64,000 nucleotides of DNA from positions 49,204-113,203 of the forward strand of contig CAWKGK010000004.1 in the NCBI GenBank assembly GCA_963849115.1, written 5' to 3'. This DNA is from an uncultured Actinomycetes bacterium (GTDB taxonomy: Bacteria; Actinomycetota; CADDZG01; WHSQ01). A program made the position numbers and the translations under genes. Numbering within the stretch: the first letter of the stretch is position 1; the number at the start of each line of letters is the position of its first letter. The notes under the pieces were generated by a model. The model saw nothing but the letters and a program-made list of their open reading frames with translations, was not told the origin of the DNA and ran no database searches. Of the stretch, positions 10,238 through 18,587 are shown one piece after another.

Positions 10238-11404
10238 CTAGCCTCGAGCCCTCACCGACACCTTCCCCTTCATGAAGGGGTGGAGCATGCAGAGGTACTT
10301 GAAGCCTTCGCGGTTCTTGCGCGTGAACTGGAGCGCGTAGGGCGCCGTCCCCAAATTGGCGCCTTGAAGCCCCGAGTTGCCGTAGTCGCCCCCGTGGTGA
10401 CGCTTGTCTCCCCGCCTGAAGGCGAACCTTGGCTTGATGTCGAGCTCGAGATCGTTCGGGTTGTTACAGAACGGAGGACCCTGGACCTGGGGTGGCTTGT
10501 CAGGTCCCGATCCCGTGTCGCAGAACGGTGCGAAACCGTTCTGGGCGACTTTCGTGGCTTTACCTTGGGGGAAAGTAACCGTGTGGTCCTCGTAGCGCAA
10601 CGACGAGAAGTGCCAGTTGACCTTTTGACCTCTACGGATATGAATCTTTCTCGGATACATCGCTAAAAGAGCGAAGCCCTTGCCGTCGTAACCGGAGAGT
10701 GCATGCTTCACCAACGTGCCCGACGAATCGCGCGTGACCCGGTGGTAATTGAGCAGCCGGTTATGGGCGGCCCGGGCGCGCGCGGCGTCGCGCTTGAGCT
10801 GGCGCTTCTTGTAGCTATCTATCGCGCTCTGCTTGGTGGCGGTCGCACCCTTGGCGACCACCTCGATGCGCATGCGGGCGCGCGGCTGGAGAAGGTTCAG
10901 TGCCCAGAACACGTCGCCGACATCGGCGTTGATCTTGACAACGAACCTCGACCGACCGAAGAAGACGCCGTTGGCCACCACGTGTGACCCATCGTAGCCA
11001 CACGGCTTGGCGCCGTAGCCGCAGCCCTGTTGGGCGTTAAAGACGACTCGGTTGTTGAGCTTGAGATGCTGCTTGCGTTCGTCTTTGTCCCGGAGCGCGA
11101 TCGAGAACTTCTTGCCCACGCCTCTGGTGTGGCTGCCGATCCATTTCTTGATGCGAACGTTAGCCGGCGCCAGTCCGGCGGAACCTTTGAACTTGATCGT
11201 GTCGCCTTTGTGGACCCTGAGCGAAGGCGAGTAGAAGCGGGTCCCTAAAGCGGGAGCGGGAGCCGCGAGTTTGAAGAGCTTCCCGCTCCCGAGGGAGATC
11301 GTGTAGTCGGCCGGAGCCGCGCCGGCCTCCAGCGGAGCTACCAGTAGACTTCCCACTAGCCCCACCACCGCCATGGTCGCGGCCAGCCGCAAACGCCTCG
11401 CCAT
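10238..11404 (-). CDS. secreted double cupredoxin-like copper-binding protein
   Basis: Signal peptide. C-terminal type-1 Cu pattern EDHTVTF ... YLCMLHPFMKG (H, C-x2-H-x2-M). An earlier plastocyanin-like segment LRVHKGDTIKFK. The gene ends 8 bp upstream of the MCO start codon. Confidence 0.7.
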   Translation of the reverse strand: MARRLRLAATMAVVGLVGSLLVAPLEAGAAPADYTISLGSGKLFKLAAPAPALGTRFYSPSLRVHKGDTIKFKGSAGLAPANVRIKKWIGSHTRGVGKKFSIALRDKDERKQHLKLNNRVVFNAQQGCGYGAKPCGYDGSHVVANGVFFGRSRFVVKINADVGDVFWALNLLQPRARMRIEVVAKGATATKQSAIDSYKKRQLKRDAARARAAHNRLLNYHRVTRDSSGTLVKHALSGYDGKGFALLAMYPRKIHIRRGQKVNWHFSSLRYEDHTVTFPQGKATKVAQNGFAPFCDTGSGPDKPPQVQGPPFCNNPNDLELDIKPRFAFRRGDKRHHGGDYGNSGLQGANLGTAPYALQFTRKNREGFKYLCMLHPFMKGKVSVRARG

Positions 11405-11586
11405 TGAGCCCTCCTATCCGTTGAGCGGTCCTGGGCATCAAATCCCGACTCGCCGGTGCGAGTCAAGCCTTATGCCCGCAACTTTAGCCTCCTTGAACAG
11501 AGACGATACTTCGAGGCATCAGCTTCCTACCCGATCGTCTGGGAATCGTTACGAAACTGTTGCCGATCAAAGAAAACGGATGAACT

Positions 11587-13026
11587 TCACACGAACCCGA
11601 ACTTCTCAAAATGAATTCGCCGACGGGGGACGCCGAGCTCGACAAACTGATGTTCGAGCACGTCGATCATCGCCGGGGGCCCGCAGATAAGGATGTCCTT
11701 GTCGCTGAGGCCAGGGGTCAGCCCGGCAATGTCCGAGGCGGTTACGAAGCCGAGCCGGTCCCTGCGGATAGGCGCCACTCGAAGCCGCGGGACCCGATCG
11801 GCGATGTCGTAGAGCTCGTCGAGAAAATAGCCCTGGTGGCCGTCCTCCATGCAATAGTAGAAGTCGATTTCGTGATCTCCGGTCTGAAGGCTACGGGCCA
11901 TACTCAGAAACGGCGTCAGACCTATGCCCCCGGCAATCCACACCTGGCGGTGGTTGTTCACGGTGAGATACGAGAAGCTGCCGTAGGGCCCTTCGACGCG
12001 GACGCCGGCCCCGGGCTCGAGGTTCGCCATCGCCCGCGTATAGTCGCCCACCGCCTTTACCACGACCCTGAGCTCACGCTCGGTGGGACCGGATGTAATG
12101 GAAAAGGGATGATACTGATTGGCGACCTCGCCGGGACGCACCGAAACCACCCCAAAATCGCCCTCCGCGTGGATCAAGAAGGGCCGGAAGCTGCGCTTCA
12201 TGGCCTCGGACTCGAACGTTACGTAGACGAACTGTCCTGGGGTAAACGAAAGCGAGCCGTCTCCCTCCTGTCGCGATCGCCGAGCCGATCGCTCGTCTCC
12301 ATTCTGTCGCGATCGCCGAGCCGATCGCTCGTCGCGGGGAACCATCGACACCTCGATGACGTCGTGGCCGACGACCCTCACGGAGTCGATGACGTAGGAG
12401 CGACGGGGCACGAGGCGCTCGCCCAGCAGCGAGCGATAGATCCAGGCGCCCAGGCCCAAAGCGAAAAGGCTTGAGAGGTACAGGGTCAAGGGCCTCGATA
12501 TCGCCTTGGTCCCGGGCACGAGGAAGACGTGCAGCGCGGCCAGACAGAACACGAAGCCGAAGAAGCGCTGCACGTAGACGAACGTCTCGTGGCCCAGGCG
12601 CGCGTAAAGTGTTAGTGCGATCGTGACCGCCATGAGCACGAGAGCGATCAGCCCGAAAGTCACCGCCCAGCTGCCGCCTGTGGGCAAAAGAAAGCGGAGG
12701 CCTGCAGTACCCGATGCTGCAACCCGGGCAGCCGCCATCACTACGCCGTGGCCCATGAGCAACAAGAAGGCGAGGCGACCGTTGGCGCGATGTGCTCCGT
12801 AAAGTTTGTCAAGACCCCCGAATGCGCTCTCCAACAGTTTGATGCGACCGCCCAACACGAGGTTGAGCGCAAAGGAAGACACGCCGGCCAGCGCGAGCAG
12901 GGTGCCGACACTCGTCAGGGACTGGGCGGCTCCCGCGAAGCGGGGGCCCAGAGGGGCGGCCATCACCCACAACACGAGCGGCACGATGCACACCGCCGCC
13001 ATGACGAAGACCCCCGCGCGTCTCAT
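11587..13026 (-). CDS. ferric-reductase/NOX-type transmembrane flavocytochrome (FRD domain + FAD + NAD(P)H domains)
   Basis: N-terminal polytopic domain with a His pair spaced by 13 residues (HRANGRLAFLLLMGH). HPFS FAD motif (YHPFSITSG). GGIGLTPF and CGPPAM NAD(P)H-domain motifs. Confidence 0.8.
   Translation of the reverse strand: MRRAGVFVMAAVCIVPLVLWVMAAPLGPRFAGAAQSLTSVGTLLALAGVSSFALNLVLGGRIKLLESAFGGLDKLYGAHRANGRLAFLLLMGHGVVMAAARVAASGTAGLRFLLPTGGSWAVTFGLIALVLMAVTIALTLYARLGHETFVYVQRFFGFVFCLAALHVFLVPGTKAISRPLTLYLSSLFALGLGAWIYRSLLGERLVPRRSYVIDSVRVVGHDVIEVSMVPRDERSARRSRQNGDERSARRSRQEGDGSLSFTPGQFVYVTFESEAMKRSFRPFLIHAEGDFGVVSVRPGEVANQYHPFSITSGPTERELRVVVKAVGDYTRAMANLEPGAGVRVEGPYGSFSYLTVNNHRQVWIAGGIGLTPFLSMARSLQTGDHEIDFYYCMEDGHQGYFLDELYDIADRVPRLRVAPIRRDRLGFVTASDIAGLTPGLSDKDILICGPPAMIDVLEHQFVELGVPRRRIHFEKFGFV
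12268..12333 (-). repeat. in-frame tandem duplication, two 30-bp identical copies with 36-bp period
   Basis: ctgtcgcgatcgccgagccgatcgctcgtc occurs at 12268-12297 and again at 12304-12333. It encodes ERSARRSRQNGD / ERSARRSRQEGD inside the reductase. Confidence 0.9.
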
Positions 13027-13030
13027 GGGC

Positions 13031-14203
13031 TCAACTAAAGGCGCGCAAGCCGGTGAGCGCCTCGCCGAGGATGAGCGTGTGGATCTCGCTGGTGCCTTCG
13101 TAGGTGAGCACCGACTCGAGATTGTTCATGTGTCGTATCACCGGATACTCCAGCGTGATCCCCGAAGCACCGAGGATGGTGCGGGCCTTTCTCGCCACCT
13201 CCAGCGCCTCGCGCACGTTGTTGAGCTTGCCTAAGCTGACCTGCTCGACTGCAAGCTCGGATGCGTCCTTCAAGCGGCCGAGATGAAGCGCGACCAAGAG
13301 TCCCTTCTGGATCTCGAGCATCATTTCGACGAGCTTCTGCTGTGTGAGCTGGAAGGCGCCGATGGGACGCTCGAACTGCGCGCGAGACTTGGAATACTCG
13401 AGCGCGCACTCATAGCACGAGCGCGCCGCTCCCATCGAACCCCACACGATTCCGAAGCGAGCCTCACTAAGACAGCTCAGGGGCCCTTTGAGCCCCGAGA
13501 CGCCCGGCAGGAGCGCATTACCTGGAACCCTGCAGTCGTCGAAATGCAGCTCCGATGTCACCGATGCGCGCAGCGACAGCTTCCGCTTGATGTCTCGAGT
13601 ATGAAAACCTGAGGTGCCGGCGGGGACCAGGAAGCCCCTGATTCCCTGCTCGGTTACCGCCCACACCACCGCGACCCCGGCGATCGAGCCGTTCGTGATC
13701 CACATCTTGGAGCCGTTCAGCACCCAGTCCGAGCCGTCCTTGCGGGCGCTCGTCCTCATACGGGAGGGGTCGGAGCCGGCGTCTGGCTCGGTCAGCCCGA
13801 AGCAGCCGATGACCTCGCCGGTGGCCATCCTCGGAAGCCACTCTGCTTTCTGCTCCTCGGAGCCGTAGGAGTGGATCGGAAACATCGCCAGCGAACCCTG
13901 GACCGAGACGAAGCTGCGGAAGCCAGAATCTGCGGCCTCGAGCTCGAGACAGGCGAGGCCGTAGCCGACTGCATTTACACCGGCGCAGCCGTAGCCCTGC
14001 AGGTGCATGCCGAGGAGACCGAGCCGGCCGAGCTCCTCTGCGATCTCGCGCGGGAACTCTGCGTTCTCAAACCACTCTTCGATTCCGGGAAGAAGCCGAT
14101 GAACGGCGAAGCGCCGCACGGTCTCCTGGAGCATGCGCTCCTCCTCGCTGAAAAGCGCACTCAGGCCGAGAAAGTCGAGAGGATCCGGGTGGGGCCGGCT
14201 CAC
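13031..14203 (-). CDS. acyl-CoA dehydrogenase (glutaryl-CoA dehydrogenase-like)
   Basis: ACAD-family sequence throughout, with a GCDH-like N-terminus DFLGLSALFSEEERML. GTG at 14203 is preferred over ATG at 14287, which would overlap the divergent HAD gene. Confidence 0.8.
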   Translation of the reverse strand: MSRPHPDPLDFLGLSALFSEEERMLQETVRRFAVHRLLPGIEEWFENAEFPREIAEELGRLGLLGMHLQGYGCAGVNAVGYGLACLELEAADSGFRSFVSVQGSLAMFPIHSYGSEEQKAEWLPRMATGEVIGCFGLTEPDAGSDPSRMRTSARKDGSDWVLNGSKMWITNGSIAGVAVVWAVTEQGIRGFLVPAGTSGFHTRDIKRKLSLRASVTSELHFDDCRVPGNALLPGVSGLKGPLSCLSEARFGIVWGSMGAARSCYECALEYSKSRAQFERPIGAFQLTQQKLVEMMLEIQKGLLVALHLGRLKDASELAVEQVSLGKLNNVREALEVARKARTILGASGITLEYPVIRHMNNLESVLTYEGTSEIHTLILGEALTGLRAFS

Positions 14204-14264
14204 CGGCGGATAGGGTCGTTCGTCCGAAGTTGTAGGTCCATGGGGTGAGGCTAACCGGAGGCGA

Positions 14265-15047
14265 ATGCACTTCTCATTGCACGACATCGAGGGAGTCGTG
14301 TGCGATCTCGACGGCGTCGTTTACCGGGGCAGCAGCGCTCTCCCCGGAGCAGTCGAGGCGATCGCCCAGATGCAGGCACAGGGAATCAAAGTGCTGTTCT
14401 GCACCAACAACTCTCGCGCCACGCTTGCCCAGTACGCCGCCAAGCTCGAAGGTATGGGTATCGAGGTGCCCCGAGAGCTGATCCTGACCTCGGCCATTGT
14501 GCTCGGCGAGGTGTTGCGGGCGCGGTCCCCGCGCCCCAAGAGCGCCTTCGTCATCGGCGGGGACGGCGTGCGCGAGGGAGTCCAGAATGCCGGGGTAGAG
14601 GTCTCGGATCACGACGAAGTCGATGTGGTCGCAATTGGGTGGGACCCGGGTTTCACCTATGACCACCTCCGCCGTGCGACCTTCGCGCTACATCGGGGAG
14701 CCGCTCTCATCGCCACCAACGCCGACGCCACCTTTCCGGCCGAGGAGGGAAGGCTGTTGCCGGGAGCGGGCCCGATCGTGGCCGCGGTCGAGGTCGCCGG
14801 CGGAGTGAAGGCGGAGGTGCTGGGCAAGCCGCACCGATCCATGATGGAGGCCGCCGCGGCCCGGCTCGCCCCGGCGACTCGGATCGCCGTCATCGGCGAC
14901 CGGGCCGAGACCGATCTCGCCGGGGGCCACGCCATGGGCTGGAGAACGATCCTGGTGCTATCCGGGGTGACCTCTGCGCAGCAGGCGCAAGCGCTCGAAC
15001 CTCCACCCGACGCGATAGTCGAAAGCCTCGCAGAACTGGCGACCTGA
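14265..15047 (+). CDS. HAD-IIA family hydrolase (NagD-like)
   Basis: DLDGVVY motif I, CTNNS motif II and a C-terminal GDRAETD motif. Confidence 0.8.
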   Translation: MHFSLHDIEGVVCDLDGVVYRGSSALPGAVEAIAQMQAQGIKVLFCTNNSRATLAQYAAKLEGMGIEVPRELILTSAIVLGEVLRARSPRPKSAFVIGGDGVREGVQNAGVEVSDHDEVDVVAIGWDPGFTYDHLRRATFALHRGAALIATNADATFPAEEGRLLPGAGPIVAAVEVAGGVKAEVLGKPHRSMMEAAAARLAPATRIAVIGDRAETDLAGGHAMGWRTILVLSGVTSAQQAQALEPPPDAIVESLAELAT

Positions 15048-15075
15048 CTCCCTGTTCACCTTCATTGCAGAGCTA

Positions 15076-15092
15076 ACCCCGCTGAGCGGGGT
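15076..15092. terminator. candidate bidirectional hairpin between convergent genes
   Basis: accccgc-tga-gcggggt: 7-bp GC-rich stem, 3-nt loop, no clear U-tract. Confidence 0.35.
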
Positions 15093-15125
15093 CCTGTCTG
15101 CACCGAACGCTGTCTGCACGTTGGG

Positions 15126-15851
15126 TTAGCTCCCTACCTCGATCTTGACCTCGTCCATGGCCCCGGTGTACTGGTCCCCTCCCGCCGGCGACTTGACACC
15201 CACGTAAACATTGACGTTGTTGGAGATCGACCCGATGGTGACGTTCTTGGTGTAGGTCTGGTCGAATGATCCGACCGTGGCCTGGATCCTCAGTGAGATC
15301 TGGTTAGCACTCTTCTTACATTGCACGAAGTACCACTGATCATCGGACAGATCCGGGCCCTTGACGAGCTTCCCCTGGCCGGACGATCCCTTGAAGAAGC
15401 ACAACGCGCGCCCACCGCTGTTCTTCGGAAAGATTTCCATCTTGTAGCTGCCGCCGGGCGTTGCGGTGAGGCCCTTTCGCACCATGTCGTAGTCGCCCAC
15501 CGACGCGGGGGGAACGTTGGGGAACTTCGCGTACATGGACAGGGTGAGGTCCTGGATGCCGGGGTTGAGTGTGTTGTCGTGGGGGACGTCCACGTAGGAG
15601 GGCAGCCCGACCCGCCCGAAGTAGTAGGACTTGTTGATATTGCCGTTGAGCCCGCTTTCGACCTTATTGAGCCTTCCGTCGTTGTTGTTGCCGCTGGAGT
15701 CCACCATCTGGGTGGCTCCGGAGTCCTCATCCATGTGCCACAGCGCCACGACGGTGGGCGCGGCGGACACCGCGCCGATGGGAGTCGCGGTGGCCGCGGC
15801 GACAAACAGCAACAATGAAACCCTGACAAAGCTGTGCTTCGCGATGCTCAT
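15126..15851 (-). CDS. secreted LamG (concanavalin A-like lectin/glucanase) domain protein
   Basis: Signal peptide SLLLFVAAATATPIGAVSA. LWHMDE...SGNNNDG pattern typical of Laminin_G_3 proteins. Local GC is visibly lower than the flanks. Start at the ATG at 15851 (track start 15887). Confidence 0.7.
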   Translation of the reverse strand: MSIAKHSFVRVSLLLFVAAATATPIGAVSAAPTVVALWHMDEDSGATQMVDSSGNNNDGRLNKVESGLNGNINKSYYFGRVGLPSYVDVPHDNTLNPGIQDLTLSMYAKFPNVPPASVGDYDMVRKGLTATPGGSYKMEIFPKNSGGRALCFFKGSSGQGKLVKGPDLSDDQWYFVQCKKSANQISLRIQATVGSFDQTYTKNVTIGSISNNVNVYVGVKSPAGGDQYTGAMDEVKIEVGS

Positions 15852-16016
15852 AGAAAGCCTCCCGGCGGGGTCCGCCTGACCGTTCACCCCTCAATGGAAC
15901 GATGGCCCGAACGCGATCGTCTAGGATTGGGCTATTCCAGTTTGTGGGATTAGTAACCAAACAACAACCGGCTTCGGGCAGATTGTCCACTCGCCATTGT
16001 TAGTGGTCCCCCCTGG

Positions 16017-17078
16017 TCAGCGGCCCAGGCCCGCCGCCTCGTCTAGGGCCTCGTGGGCCCCGGCCAAGGTCATGCCCGAGCCCCGCAATATGTCTGAGGC
16101 CGTTAACCGCACTTGAGCCACCAGAGAGCCGAGGGCCAGCACCTCCGGCCGCTCGAGCAGGTCGGTGGCGAGCCGCACGGCCTCCAGCGCCAGTGAGCGG
16201 GTCTCATCGCCGCTCCCATCTTCGTCGTCATCGACATCGAGCTGACGGTCGAGAGAGCGGACCGCATCCGCCAATCGCCGGACCGCGTCGACGACTCCCG
16301 CCGGAGCCGGTTTATTGCTCCTAACGACACTGATGGCGACTCGAGCGAGCACCCGTGTGTTGCGCACGGCCAGGTCGATCTGGCTGGCGGCGAGGGCGTA
16401 CTCGTCGAGGTGTCCACGCACCCGGCGTCGCGACGGCGCAAGCCGCACGGTCTCGTATCCGGTCTGAAGAGCGTCGTTGAACGCTCGCACCGACTCGTCG
16501 ATACCGCGCGCCCGGTACAAAGCCTCCTCGGCTGCACCGGGGTCACCGGCGGCAAGCGCATCTGCGGTCTCCTCGAGCGCGGCCCCGAGCTCGGAGAACA
16601 CCGGCCGTGCGGCACGCCGGATCAAGGCCACAGGATCGAGCGGGAACAGCAGCTGGCTTATCAGCAGGGCGACCGAGCCCCCCACCAAGGTGTCGAACAC
16701 GCGCGTCGGGACGAGCCCACTCGTAGGCGGCTCCAGGGTGGCAACGAAGATCGCCGACACCGCGGCCTGGGTTACCAGCACGGGTCCCGCCCCCACGAAC
16801 ACCGCCACCACCATAGCCATCACCACTATCAATGCAATCTGGGGGATTCCCGTACCAATCGCCAGCACGAGAGCGTCGGCGATGGCGACGCCAACCACCA
16901 CCCCGGCTGTGACCTCCACGGCCCGCCTCGGCTCCTGCCCCCGCACCGCCCCCAACACGATGACCGCTGAGACGGCGGCGAATATCGGTTCCTCGTGTCC
17001 CAGCGCGTAGGTTGAGATCGCGTAAGACGCAGCCGCCGCAGCCGCCGTCTGCAGCAGGGCGGAGGCCTGGCCTCTCAC
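16017..17078 (-). CDS. FUSC / aromatic acid exporter family membrane protein
   Basis: N-terminal TM bundle (AASYAISTYALGHEEPIFAAVSAVIVLG...) plus a helical cytoplasmic C-domain. Upstream of about 17135 the track ORF overlaps the rhomboid gene, so I start at the GTG at 17078 (uncertain). Confidence 0.65.
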   Translation of the reverse strand: MRGQASALLQTAAAAAASYAISTYALGHEEPIFAAVSAVIVLGAVRGQEPRRAVEVTAGVVVGVAIADALVLAIGTGIPQIALIVVMAMVVAVFVGAGPVLVTQAAVSAIFVATLEPPTSGLVPTRVFDTLVGGSVALLISQLLFPLDPVALIRRAARPVFSELGAALEETADALAAGDPGAAEEALYRARGIDESVRAFNDALQTGYETVRLAPSRRRVRGHLDEYALAASQIDLAVRNTRVLARVAISVVRSNKPAPAGVVDAVRRLADAVRSLDRQLDVDDDEDGSGDETRSLALEAVRLATDLLERPEVLALGSLVAQVRLTASDILRGSGMTLAGAHEALDEAAGLGR

Positions 17079-17134
17079 ACGCCCGATGCGCTCGGCCGCG
17101 CTGATCTTGCCGCGGCTTACGACCCGGGACGACC

Positions 17135-17884
17135 TCAGTAGCGCCACTCCGGCCGCCACGCAATCTGCGGGCGCTGTGGCCGCCCTCCGAGCAGGTAGAT
17201 GATCACGACGCCGTAAACGAAACCGCCGACGTGAGCCATCCACGCCACCGCCGTTGCGCCGGACGCCTCTTGAAGTCCGATGAAGAACTGATAGACGAAC
17301 CACAGTCCCAGAACTGCTATCGCCGACATCTGGATCACCGAAAAGAAGAAGAAGATCGGCACCAGCACGTTCACCCGCGCTTTGGGATAGAGGACCAGAT
17401 AGGCGCCCATCACCGCCGCCACCGCCCCGGATGCCCCCACGGTCGGGAGCACCGAAGAAGTGTGGGAGAGGATGTGGGCGAACGAGGCGGCGATTCCACC
17501 CAAGAGATAGAAAATGAGGAATCGCACGCGGCCCAGGTAGTCCTCGATATTGTTGCCGAAGACCCACAGGAACAACATGTTCCCGATGATGTGCAGGAAG
17601 CCCGCGTGAAGAAAGGTCGAGATCACGACCGCTATCAGGAACTCAACCGGGCCGCGCTCGGGGATGGGAACCGCCACAGGGCCCAGATCGACGCCTGCCG
17701 GACAACTCTCGTCGAGCTGGCAGGGAATGGGGGCGTTGTCGAAGAAGTAGACGCTTCCCTCGATACCACCCCCGAACCCCGGCTCCGCTACGAAGCTCAG
17801 CACGTTGAGCACGATCAGGGCTACCGTCACGATTGGAAAACGGCGTGTGGGGTTGGCGTCCGAGATCGGAATGAGGGACAACAT
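17135..17884 (-). CDS. rhomboid family intramembrane serine protease
   Basis: HxxxN motif (FLHIIGNMLFLWVFGNNIED) and catalytic GASGAV. ATG at 17884. Confidence 0.85.
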   Translation of the reverse strand: MLSLIPISDANPTRRFPIVTVALIVLNVLSFVAEPGFGGGIEGSVYFFDNAPIPCQLDESCPAGVDLGPVAVPIPERGPVEFLIAVVISTFLHAGFLHIIGNMLFLWVFGNNIEDYLGRVRFLIFYLLGGIAASFAHILSHTSSVLPTVGASGAVAAVMGAYLVLYPKARVNVLVPIFFFFSVIQMSAIAVLGLWFVYQFFIGLQEASGATAVAWMAHVGGFVYGVVIIYLLGGRPQRPQIAWRPEWRY

Positions 17885-17909
17885 CCTCTGAGGAGTATAG
17901 GTTCGCTCT

Positions 17910-18417
17910 ATGGCTCGGCGAGGGACACCCCTAGGGATGGGAGCAGACGTGCTGGAGGAGATGCGCAGGCTGGCTATATTCACCTCGGGCGTGGCCGAGC
18001 TGACCCGCAATCGCGCCGAACAGGTCGTCAAGAGCGTCATGAGCGATCATCCCGAAGCGTCCGCCGCCGTCAAGCAGCTCGTCGAGATCTCGAAACAGAA
18101 CCGCCAGGAGCTGCTCCGGGTGATCTCGCAGGAGATGCACGATCAGGTAGAGGCTCTGGGCCTGGCAACCAAGAGCAGACCTCGAACGGATCGACCGCAG
18201 ACTCGCCCGGCTCGAGGAGCGGGCGCGCTCCGACGCGGCCGCCCGCTCCTCCAAGAAGACCACCACCACGAAGAGCTCGAGGCGCTCCAAGAAGCCCACG
18301 GCGCGAACCAAGTCCACGGCGAGGGGCTCGGTCTCGAAGAGGTCCACGGCGAAGAAGTCGATGGCGAAGAAGTCCACGGCGAAGAAGTCCACCCGCTCGT
18401 CGACCAGGCGGGCTTGA
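17910..18417 (+). pseudogene. phasin-like (COG3937-type) protein with Lys/Ser/Thr/Arg-rich tail; apparent +1 frameshift near 18177
   Basis: Frame 1 gives ...LAIFTSGVAELTRNRAEQVVKSV...EALGLATKS. The sensible continuation DLERIDRRLARLEERAR...STAKKSMAKKSTAKKST is in the next frame (18178..18417). My hand count of GC3 over 18178-18417 is about 95% in that frame against about 70% in frame 1. Confidence 0.55.
18336..18395 (+). repeat. four tandem 15-bp units (gaagaagtccacggc and variants)
   Basis: Units at 18336-50, 18351-65, 18366-80 and 18381-95. They encode the repeated (S/M)(T/A)AKK tail and create long shadow ORFs in several frames. Confidence 0.85.
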
Positions 18418-18422
18418 CCGGG

Positions 18423-18587
18423 ATGGAAAAAGACCAAGACAAGCAGGCCGCAGACACCAGTGAGCGAGTACGCGCCGAGCTGGCACGGGGGGAGGTCTTA
18501 GGCCACGCCGCCAGGCTCGAGACGCTTCAGAGCCTGCACGAGTGGCTGGAAGCCGAGCTTGACCAAGCCGCTCCGCCTCGACACTGA
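18423..18587 (+). CDS. possible small helical protein (54 aa) just upstream of tlyA
   Basis: The ATG at 18423 opens MEKDQDKQAADTSERVRAELARGEVLGHAARLETLQSLHEWLEAELDQ. This is the tail of the 225-aa track ORF and overlaps the tlyA start by 29 nt. Weak RBS. Confidence 0.3.
   Translation: MEKDQDKQAADTSERVRAELARGEVLGHAARLETLQSLHEWLEAELDQAAPPRH

Noticed and set aside
12268-18395. Tandem repeats (36-bp period at 12268-12333; 15-bp units at 18336-18395) as CRISPR or minisatellite arrays
   Set aside because: There are only 2 and 4 copies. Both lie in frame inside coding sequences, there are no unique spacers, and no cas genes are in the window.
17231-18463. 410-aa Arg-rich plus-strand ORF, plus the minus-strand ORFs at 17931..18437, 18070..18486 and 18143..18457
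   Set aside because: They are shadow frames over the rhomboid gene and over the 15-bp repeat region of the phasin-like gene. Their composition is RRRS/PRR low complexity and their GC3 is lower than that of the chosen frame.
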